From: a virus
Lineage: Duplodnaviria; Caudoviricetes
Length of the DNA: 64,000 bases
Reading direction: 5' to 3' (one strand)
Virus record (IMG/VR): IMGVR_UViG_3300017917_004426
Coordinates: 566-64,565 of that record
The notes beneath the pieces were generated by a model, which had not been told where the DNA came from, ran no database searches, and saw nothing but the letters and a program-made list of their open reading frames with translations. Shown piece by piece: positions 56,566 through 64,000 of the stretch (its first letter is position 1; each line of letters begins with the position of its first letter). A program made the translations under genes and the position numbers.

Positions 56566-57621
56566 ATGGGCAAACCATTTGACGTAAGCAAGTTCCGCAA
56601 GGAAATTACCAAATCAATCGATGGATTGAGTATTGGCTTCAACGATCCAACAGACTGGATTAGTACAGGCAACTATGCCTTGAACTATTTGATTAGCGGA
56701 GACTTTAACCGTGGCATTCCACTGGGCAAAGTTACTGTATTTGCTGGCGAGTCAGGTGCAGGTAAGAGTTATATCTGCTCAGGCAACATTATTAAGAATG
56801 CACAAGAGCAAGGCATCTTTGTAGTGCTGATTGACACAGAGAACGCCTTGGATGAGGACTGGCTCAAAGCACTTGGTGTTGACACCAACGAAAGCAAACT
56901 GCTCAAACTGTCAATGGCCATGATTGATGACGTGGCAAAAACTATTTCCACATTCATGAGTGATTACAAGGCATTGCCCGACGGCGAGCGTCCCAAAGTC
57001 ATGTTTGTGATTGACTCGCTGGGCATGTTGTTGACGCCCACTGATGTAAACCAGTTTGATGCAGGCGAAATGAAGGGTGATCTAGGACGTAAACCCAAAG
57101 CTCTCACCGCCTTGGTGCGTAACTGTGTGAACATGTTTGGTTCATACAATGTGGGCCTGGTTTGTACCAATCACACATACGCATCACAGGATATGTTTGA
57201 CCCAGATGATAAGATCAGCGGCGGTCAAGGTTTCATTTACGCCTCATCAATTGTTGTGGCCATGAAGAAGCTCAAACTCAAAGAAGACGAGGACGGCAAC
57301 AAAGTAACTGATGTGATGGGTATTCGTTCAGCCTGCAAGGTCATGAAAACTCGCTATGCCAAACCCTTTGAAGGTGTACAAGTTAAGATTCCTTATGAAA
57401 CAGGTATGAATCCTTACTCGGGCTTGGTTGACTTGGCTGAGAAAAAAGGCTTCCTCAAGAAGGATGGCAATCGTCTTGCTTACACTACCTTGGATGGCGA
57501 AATCATCAAGTACTTCCGCAAGGGCTGGGAAGCCAATGAAGATGGTTGCTTGGATGTTGTGATGGCTGAGTTTGGAAAACGCAAGGAAGAGGTAAGTACG
57601 GTTGAGGAGGAAGCAGAATGA
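56566..57621 (+). CDS. uvsX: RecA-like recombinase
   Basis: AGESGAGKS Walker A; IDTENA, VIDSLG, TNHTY and SGGQG..YASS motifs. Confidence 0.93.
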   Translation: MGKPFDVSKFRKEITKSIDGLSIGFNDPTDWISTGNYALNYLISGDFNRGIPLGKVTVFAGESGAGKSYICSGNIIKNAQEQGIFVVLIDTENALDEDWLKALGVDTNESKLLKLSMAMIDDVAKTISTFMSDYKALPDGERPKVMFVIDSLGMLLTPTDVNQFDAGEMKGDLGRKPKALTALVRNCVNMFGSYNVGLVCTNHTYASQDMFDPDDKISGGQGFIYASSIVVAMKKLKLKEDEDGNKVTDVMGIRSACKVMKTRYAKPFEGVQVKIPYETGMNPYSGLVDLAEKKGFLKKDGNRLAYTTLDGEIIKYFRKGWEANEDGCLDVVMAEFGKRKEEVSTVEEEAE

Positions 57622-57878
57622 GCGAAACAATCGCAAGTGAAATTTGGGGCGAACTCAAGCGTTTTGTAAACACAGTGGATCGCGCCGAGGCCGCAGAAAC
57701 TGTGGTTCAAATTTTGATGGACAATGATTCGGAAGTTGATGATATTCGTGACGCTTTCAAAGGCGACTCAGATATCAAACGAGCACTCACAGCATATCTT
57801 GACAACGACAAAGACTACTTGGAAGACGAAGAAGATCCTGAAGAAGAGGATTATAACGAAGACGATTGGGAAAATTAA
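57618..57878 (+). CDS. Small acidic hypothetical protein
   Basis: 86 aa with a very acidic C-terminus; ATGA overlap with uvsX. Confidence 0.7.
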   Translation: MSETIASEIWGELKRFVNTVDRAEAAETVVQILMDNDSEVDDIRDAFKGDSDIKRALTAYLDNDKDYLEDEEDPEEEDYNEDDWEN

Positions 57879-59035
57879 TGTCTGAACCTAAACCACTAGA
57901 TTACTATTGTAGTCAAAAGTTCTGGTGGTTAAATGTTGATTTAGGAAAATTTCAAACTTTTAGTTGTTGCGCTGCCACGCCGCAACGGATAAATGTAAAT
58001 TGGCTAAAAAATCATCCTGGCAATTTGTTCAATACGCCTGAACTGATCGACGAACGTCAGTCAATGATTGATAATCGTTTGGTAAACAGTTGCAGTGCGT
58101 CCTGTTGGATTCCAGAGGGCCAAGACAAACCCAGCAGGCGTCTAAGCATGGGAACGCAACATCGAACTCATTTAGAGACAGTTGCCAGCCCAGAAGTTTT
58201 AAACATTGTTGTGGGTTCTGACTGTAACATGACCTGTGTGTACTGTTGTAAATTTTACAGCAGTGCCTGGACAAGAGACATAGCCAATGGAACCTATCCA
58301 ATCGATACTGCTGATGATAGATTTTCAATCAGCGCCTTGGACAAAACACTAGCAAATGTCAGTCAGAAACAAATAACATCAACTGGATTGTATCAAACAA
58401 TTGTAGATGAAGTGATTGCTTTGTCTCAATCTTCCACGTTACGAGAAATTGTTATTACAGGAGGAGAACCATTTTTATTTTTGGATCTATCTCGATTGGT
58501 AGGGTCTATACCCAGTCATGTAACTGTAACTATTTGGTCAGGATTGGGAGTTGATGAACAGCGGTTTGCACGAGAACTGCAAAAGTTAACCAACAATGTT
58601 ACGGTAATGATCAGTGCTGAAAACATTGAGTCTGCTTATGAATTTGTTCGCTATGGTAATACATGGCAACGATTCAATAATAATTTAGATCAACTAAAAA
58701 TTCGTGGCATATCGTATAAGTTTAATGCCACAGTAACCAATCTTACTGCACCGGGGCTGATGAAGTTTGTAGATTGGGCACAAGATGTTCCAATAAATTT
58801 CCAGCTGTGTAACGATCCAGATTTTTTATCCGTAAGCGTGTTAGACAATGCTACCAAACATTTACTGCGATCTGAACTTATTGGTGTTCCAGACTTTGTT
58901 TTGCAGGCATTAGAGATTGATCCTAGCAATCAACAAGTGTATAATTTTAAAACCTACGTGAAAGAATTTAGTAGTCGCAGATCTTTGTCAACTTTGGCAT
59001 TTCCAGAAACCCTAGTAAGTTGGCTTGAACAATGA
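57878..59035 (+). CDS. Twitch-domain radical SAM protein
   Basis: YYCSQKF...SCC...SCSASCW; CNMTCVYC; TGGEP. Confidence 0.85.
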   Translation: MSEPKPLDYYCSQKFWWLNVDLGKFQTFSCCAATPQRINVNWLKNHPGNLFNTPELIDERQSMIDNRLVNSCSASCWIPEGQDKPSRRLSMGTQHRTHLETVASPEVLNIVVGSDCNMTCVYCCKFYSSAWTRDIANGTYPIDTADDRFSISALDKTLANVSQKQITSTGLYQTIVDEVIALSQSSTLREIVITGGEPFLFLDLSRLVGSIPSHVTVTIWSGLGVDEQRFARELQKLTNNVTVMISAENIESAYEFVRYGNTWQRFNNNLDQLKIRGISYKFNATVTNLTAPGLMKFVDWAQDVPINFQLCNDPDFLSVSVLDNATKHLLRSELIGVPDFVLQALEIDPSNQQVYNFKTYVKEFSSRRSLSTLAFPETLVSWLEQ

Positions 59036-59054
59036 ATTTGATTGAAAGATAAAC

Positions 59055-59507
59055 ATGTGGTACAGTCGTGTTGTTGCTAGTCTTGGTGCTATTCCAGACT
59101 TTATAGCGCACTATGAACGTGAGCTTGAAGATGCCAAAAAAGATTGTCGCATCGGTGGACTTGTAGAAAAAAATATCACAGCACTACCGGGCATCACCGA
59201 GTTTAGATACAATCAACTGCAAGAAATTGAAGCAGTGCTAAACTATCTCAACATCCAACTGCGCAAGATTCGCAGAAAGCATTTCCAAAAGTATCTAGAA
59301 GGTTATGCTCGTGCGCTCACATCACGTGATGCTGAAAAGTATGTGGATGGCGAAGATGAAGTGATTGATTATGAAACCATAATCAACGAAGTAGCATACC
59401 TACGCAATCGTTGGCTGGGCATTATGAAGGGCTTGGACACCAAACAGTGGCAAATGGGTCACGTGGTACGCCTAAGAACTGCTGGTATGGAAGACATCCA
59501 GGTGTAA
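59055..59507 (+). CDS. uvsY: Recombination mediator protein
   Basis: Helical 150 aa, KYLE.Y...D.EKYVDGE....I.K.LD.KQWQM pattern; near uvsX. Confidence 0.75.
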   Translation: MWYSRVVASLGAIPDFIAHYERELEDAKKDCRIGGLVEKNITALPGITEFRYNQLQEIEAVLNYLNIQLRKIRRKHFQKYLEGYARALTSRDAEKYVDGEDEVIDYETIINEVAYLRNRWLGIMKGLDTKQWQMGHVVRLRTAGMEDIQV

Positions 59508-59515
59508 ATACCTGC

Positions 59516-60271
59516 ATGAAAATTGTACTTGTCACAGGCGGGTTTGATCCCGTTCATTCTGGGCACATTGCCTACTTCAATGCAGCAAAAAAACTTGGAG
59601 ACCTATTGGTTGTAGGTCTCAATTCTGATGCTTGGTTGGCTCGTAAAAAAGGCCGACCATTCATGCCTTTCCAAGAACGTTTTGCATTGGTAAGTTCTCT
59701 TAAGATGGTTGACGAAGTGATAGTATATAACGACGATGATGGATCGAGTTGCGATGCTATTCAAGTTGTTAAACTACGATGTCCTGACGCACAAATTGTG
59801 TTTGCCAATGGTGGCGACAGAACCCGGGACAACATACCCGAAATGGTGTTTGACGATGTGGAATTTGTGTTTGGTGTAGGCGGCGAAGATAAAAAGAATT
59901 CAAGTTCTTGGATTCTTGAAGATTGGAAAAAGCCCAAGACTGAACGTGCATGGGGATACTATCGTGTGTTACACGAAGTTGGGGCAGGCACCAAACTTAA
60001 AGAACTCACAGTGGCACCTAAAACTTGCCTTAGCATGCAAAGGCATGGCAAGCGAGCAGAGTTTTGGTTTGTGGCCGAAGGCGAAGCCACAGTGTACACA
60101 CTAGATTCCAGCACTGACAGAGATATCAAAGACCATATGACCATACATGAATCATGTTGGATCAATCGGAACGAATGGCATCAATTGTGCAATGAAACAG
60201 ATCAACCACTCCGACTTATCGAAATACAATTTGGTGAAAACTGTGTGGAAGAAGATATCGAGCGCCAATGA
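59516..60271 (+). CDS. Cytidyltransferase-like (HxGH) domain fused to a mannose-6-phosphate-isomerase-type cupin
   Basis: TGGFDPVHSGH, GLNSD and FANGGDR, then R.WG.Y...LSMQRH..RAEFW...WHQL...IEIQFG; start at ATG 59516 after TAAATA. Confidence 0.88.
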   Translation: MKIVLVTGGFDPVHSGHIAYFNAAKKLGDLLVVGLNSDAWLARKKGRPFMPFQERFALVSSLKMVDEVIVYNDDDGSSCDAIQVVKLRCPDAQIVFANGGDRTRDNIPEMVFDDVEFVFGVGGEDKKNSSSWILEDWKKPKTERAWGYYRVLHEVGAGTKLKELTVAPKTCLSMQRHGKRAEFWFVAEGEATVYTLDSSTDRDIKDHMTIHESCWINRNEWHQLCNETDQPLRLIEIQFGENCVEEDIERQ

Positions 60272-60954
60272 AACCAATTCCTATATTTGTAGGATATGAT
60301 CCAAGAGAAGCGATTGCATATCATACCTGCGTAAATTCAATTATCCGCAATAGCAGTCAACCTGTGGCCATTGTGCCTGTGGCGTTGAACTTGTTCAAAG
60401 AATACAGTGAAACGCACACAGATGGCAGCAATCATTTTATCTACACACGATTTCTTGTGCCTTATTTGATGCAGTACGACGGCTGGGCGATATTCATTGA
60501 CGGTGATATGATTGTGCGCGGCGATATTGTAGAGCTTTGGAACTCAAAACAATACAACAAAGATGTCATGGTGGTCAAGCACGACTACAAAACACGCATG
60601 ACTGAAAAGTACCTTGGTGCAAAGAACGAAGACTATCCACGCAAGAACTGGTCAAGTGTGATCTTATGGAATTGCAACAGCCATCCTAATAGACGTCTTA
60701 CTCCGGAGTTTGTGCAAAAATCCACTGGGGCTGAATTACATCGCTTTACATGGTTGGACGATGCTCGTATCGGTGAACTGCCACCTGAATGGAATTGGTT
60801 GCCCGATGAATACGGGCCAAACCCCGATGCCAAGCTCTTGCACTATACCTTGGGCACTCCATGCTTTCATGAGTTTGCTGACACGCCACAAGGTAACGAG
60901 TGGCACAGAGAACGCATGCTCACTGAATATTGCCAGCAAAGGTTGCCAGAATGA
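60268..60954 (+). CDS. GT-A glycosyltransferase (GT8-like)
   Basis: IFVGYDPRE, FIYTRFLVP, FIDGD, YPRKNWSS, LP.EWN and LHYTLG.P motifs. Confidence 0.85.
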   Translation: MKPIPIFVGYDPREAIAYHTCVNSIIRNSSQPVAIVPVALNLFKEYSETHTDGSNHFIYTRFLVPYLMQYDGWAIFIDGDMIVRGDIVELWNSKQYNKDVMVVKHDYKTRMTEKYLGAKNEDYPRKNWSSVILWNCNSHPNRRLTPEFVQKSTGAELHRFTWLDDARIGELPPEWNWLPDEYGPNPDAKLLHYTLGTPCFHEFADTPQGNEWHRERMLTEYCQQRLPE

Positions 60955-61946
60955 CAGATTGGGAACTTGAAGATGAATCAACATATATTCCACCCTCGCC
61001 GTCGGCGCCGCCTGATCCGCATGTGTTGGACCAGGTAGTCCCAGAGATTCGAGAACTGTTTCGTAACATATTGAAATATCGCGTGGACCCAGCAGGAACA
61101 TATTACAGTATTACATTAGAGAGTCTACAGCAACAATTGGCTGCAATACCAGTCAATCAAATTGTGGCACTGGACAGTGAATACAGATACGAAAGAAAAG
61201 GTCACATGTACGATCCTCTATTGCAAAGTTTTGTTCAAGGTGCCGGCGGGCAAATTTCAACTTGGGAGAAAGAGCAAAATGTTATGACTCCGGCTGTGTT
61301 GCGCGGTATAACCAAACGCAAACAAATGGAAGGATGTCGCGCTGCTGGTAGAGATTTTTATTACATGGACACAGGATACTTTGGCAATGGCAAACGCAAA
61401 CTGTATCACAGAATTACCAAAAATGATGTACAAAACTTTGGGCCGATAATAGATAGGCCAAGAGATAGACTGGACCGCACTGGAGTCAAACTCACAAAGT
61501 TTACACCGGGCACCAACATTTTGTTGGCACCGCCTAGTCAAAAACTATTGAACTTGTATGATATCAATCTCGAAGAGTGGTTGCAGCAAACACAGGATGA
61601 AATACAAAAACACACAGATCGACCCATTGTAGTGCGCCTCAAACAAGGACGATCAACTAGGGTAAATGACGATACCATGGAAATGGCTCTGGCACAAGAT
61701 GTGCATTGCCTGGTGACATTTTCCAGCATTGCGGCCGGAGAAGCATTGTTATTAGGCAAGCCAGCCATCACACTAGGACCCAACGCCGCGGCTGCATTAT
61801 GCAGCCAATCACTAGCAGAAATTGAAGCACCAAAAATTCCCACACTTGATGAAGTTGATGCCTGGGCAAGGCACATTGCCTACTGTCAATTTACTGAAGT
61901 AGAAATGCGTAACGGCACTGCCTGGCGGATCCTCAATGATCATTGA
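60951..61946 (+). CDS. Capsular-polysaccharide-type GT-B-like protein
   Basis: YYMDTGY, RPIVVR.K and LVTFSS.AA.EALLLGKP motifs. Confidence 0.6.
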   Translation: MTDWELEDESTYIPPSPSAPPDPHVLDQVVPEIRELFRNILKYRVDPAGTYYSITLESLQQQLAAIPVNQIVALDSEYRYERKGHMYDPLLQSFVQGAGGQISTWEKEQNVMTPAVLRGITKRKQMEGCRAAGRDFYYMDTGYFGNGKRKLYHRITKNDVQNFGPIIDRPRDRLDRTGVKLTKFTPGTNILLAPPSQKLLNLYDINLEEWLQQTQDEIQKHTDRPIVVRLKQGRSTRVNDDTMEMALAQDVHCLVTFSSIAAGEALLLGKPAITLGPNAAAALCSQSLAEIEAPKIPTLDEVDAWARHIAYCQFTEVEMRNGTAWRILNDH

Positions 61947-62868
61947 TGCAGTAGTATACATTAGTTCTGTTGCTAACTATCAAAAACATTCTAGGAAAAT
62001 TGAATGTTTAGAAAGTTTTGCTGCTGGCGTCAAGCATCAGGGTGGCAGGGTAATAGTAGAATATGATTTCAAATACACACCCAGTAGATTGGCAGTGATG
62101 TTAGGTTGGGCCACAACCAATACCGGTGGTAGAAACATTACTTTGAGAAAACAAATCATTGCTGAACAACAGCGCCGCAAATTGCATACTATGTGCATCG
62201 ATGCCAGTTGCTGGAAATATCTAGATGATTACGGCACCTACTTGCGCTACAGTCTCGGTGGTCCATTTTATGATCGTGCAGAATATGCCAATCACAACAG
62301 TAACAACACCAAATGGATGGAAATAAGCACAAGGCTTGGTATCACATTGAACGAACAGCCAGTTGTTAGACCTGATGGACATGTTTTGATTTGTATGCAA
62401 CGTGATGGCGGTTTTGCTATGAAAACCCTAGACCCTTTGCTGTGGCTGGAGACCAAGATTCAACAGGTCAGACAGTATTCTAAAAGACACATCATGGTCA
62501 GACCACATCCAGGTGCATACAAATTACAAGACTTTGATAAGTTTCGATCATTATCAAATGTCACTGTGGTAGATCCTGCACAATCGTCACTGCTGGACAA
62601 TTTGCAAACGGCTCATGCCGCTGTGTTTTTCAACAGTTCAGCTAGTGTGGCAGCAGCAATGGCCAACGTGCCAATTTTTGCTGACGACGAAAGTTGTGTG
62701 AGTTGGGCAGTGGCCAACAAAGATTTGGCCATGATTGAAACGCCGCAAATGTTTGATAGGTCACAATGGATAAATGATCTAGCAGCCGCGCATTGGAGTG
62801 ATGCAGATGGGCGGGCTGGACGAATTTATCAAAAGTTTTTGCCTTATTTGACCACAACCACGTCGTAG
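61936..62868 (+). CDS. Capsular-polysaccharide-type GT-B-like protein
   Basis: VRPHP and VFFNSS.SV.A....VP motifs; ends in TAG. Confidence 0.6.
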   Translation: MIIDAVVYISSVANYQKHSRKIECLESFAAGVKHQGGRVIVEYDFKYTPSRLAVMLGWATTNTGGRNITLRKQIIAEQQRRKLHTMCIDASCWKYLDDYGTYLRYSLGGPFYDRAEYANHNSNNTKWMEISTRLGITLNEQPVVRPDGHVLICMQRDGGFAMKTLDPLLWLETKIQQVRQYSKRHIMVRPHPGAYKLQDFDKFRSLSNVTVVDPAQSSLLDNLQTAHAAVFFNSSASVAAAMANVPIFADDESCVSWAVANKDLAMIETPQMFDRSQWINDLAAAHWSDADGRAGRIYQKFLPYLTTTTS

Positions 62869-63401
62869 TTTTGACCAAACACATTGGGCCATTTGTGTCG
62901 TTTGTCTACTACTGAAATATCTTCGTGTGCTATTGACAGCCGCATGTTAGAAAGTATTTTATTGCGCCACCAGTCTGGTGACTCTACCACAAGGTGTGCG
63001 TTACGTCCATCGGGCAAAGTTTTCTTTGCTGGATAACAAGCAATTCTAAACCATCCACACCGCTGTATTTTGCTGTCAATCAATTGCAGTGTGAGATTCA
63101 AGTATTGTGGTTCAATGTGTTCAAACACATCTGCACTGATCACAGCATCAAATGACCGTTTGGGCATGCGATTGAAAGCAGGATTGCCAGGATCGTATCC
63201 ATCCACTGCTATGTTGGGATAGGCTTCTTTGATTGCTGTCATCAATCCACCATGGCCGCAGCCGTAATCCAACACACTCGAGGGTTGATATTGAGAGAAA
63301 AAAGGCACAACAGATTGCAACAGTTTGCTACCGCGCATGAATTGTCCTTGACTGTGCATGGTCGCTAACTGTGCTTGATAAGCAGGATTTATTATGGTCA
63401 T
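62844..63401 (-). CDS. Class I SAM-dependent methyltransferase
   Basis: VLDYGCGHG, GYDP and FDAVIS.DVFEHI motifs. Confidence 0.88.
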   Translation of the reverse strand: MTIINPAYQAQLATMHSQGQFMRGSKLLQSVVPFFSQYQPSSVLDYGCGHGGLMTAIKEAYPNIAVDGYDPGNPAFNRMPKRSFDAVISADVFEHIEPQYLNLTLQLIDSKIQRCGWFRIACYPAKKTLPDGRNAHLVVESPDWWRNKILSNMRLSIAHEDISVVDKRHKWPNVFGQNYDVVVVK

Positions 63402-64000
63402 CTATGATTTACCTCAACATATTGATACTTACCTTCAAAGGTATCTGGAACGTCCTTCCAAGTGCCATTAAGTTGATCATCTATCCAGCCAGAATAATGC
63501 GGACGATCTTTCCACCACCAAAACAAATCACTGCCACTCCAGTTGTCAAAATGACTACGGAAAAATTCTCTAGTTCTGGGCAGTTGAAAATACTCGGCAT
63601 TGTACATGATTTTTTTATCTTTGGCTTCACGTTGAAAGTTCAACCCAATAAAACAAAATTTTGTTGCATGTTGTTCCAGCAAACCACGCACCCAGGGCAT
63701 GTCTGCATCGGGTATGCTATTCAATACTTGGGTGCAAATCACTCCGTCAAACTTTCTGTTTTTGGCCGGCTTGCGCTTGAAACCAGGCACACACGGATCA
63801 TACTTGAACACTGTTACTCCCAAGTATTCATCAAACGTTTGCCACTTATCCTCAGGTAGTTCAACTCCTGGACCACCACCATACGGCAACTTTTCTGTGT
63901 ATTGCACACCTTTGCCACAGCCATAGTCTAGTATGGTCTTGGCATTGTAGCGTTCTACTAGATCTTTAATTTTCTTTTGGTATTTGATTACATCGTAACC
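63398..64000 (-). CDS. Class I SAM-dependent methyltransferase (5' end outside the window)
   Basis: Frame stays open past the track start to the window edge and includes ILDYGCGKG; YDP and FDGVICTQVL follow. Confidence 0.82.
   Translation of the reverse strand, partial: GYDVIKYQKKIKDLVERYNAKTILDYGCGKGVQYTEKLPYGGGPGVELPEDKWQTFDEYLGVTVFKYDPCVPGFKRKPAKNRKFDGVICTQVLNSIPDADMPWVRGLLEQHATKFCFIGLNFQREAKDKKIMYNAEYFQLPRTREFFRSHFDNWSGSDLFWWWKDRPHYSGWIDDQLNGTWKDVPDTFEGKYQYVEVNHR

Noticed and set aside
59411-59515. N-terminal extensions given by the ORF track (also at 39697, 41380, 47524, 54841, 57866, 60930)
   Set aside because: They overlap upstream genes. Downstream starts fit the promoter positions, stop/start overlaps and domain boundaries better.
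1-64000. Genome-wide TAG recoding (code 15/16)
   Set aside because: Coding density is already near complete under code 11, multi-kb late genes have no in-frame TAG, and four genes end plausibly at TAG. Only one internal TAG was found.

Overview
A 64-kb segment of a large T4-like (myovirus) phage genome. It runs from the end of the major capsid gene (gp23) through a cluster of Gly/Asn-rich tail-fibre genes, neck, sheath, tube, head-completion and terminase genes, putative internal head proteins, gp32/UvsX/UvsY, and a glycan-modification block at the right end. Six twitch-domain radical SAM paralogs and several glycosyltransferase-like genes sit between core genes. The strongest unexplained signal is a complete amber-suppressor tRNA (anticodon CUA, 2087-2162, minus strand). 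It lies 27 nt upstream of a gene whose Shine-Dalgarno-preceded start (2060) is followed by an in-frame TAG at codon 4. The rest of the window uses the standard code, so this looks like a local tRNA-gated gene rather than genome-wide recoding. Other patterns: late-promoter boxes (TAAATA) inside hairpins that cover the RBS or start codon; about ten apparently leaderless late genes; a structured leader with alternative folds at 3372-3462; and three paralogous proteins with a capsid-targeting-like N-terminus around an Ntn-hydrolase. All calls come from motif recognition by eye; no database searches were run.
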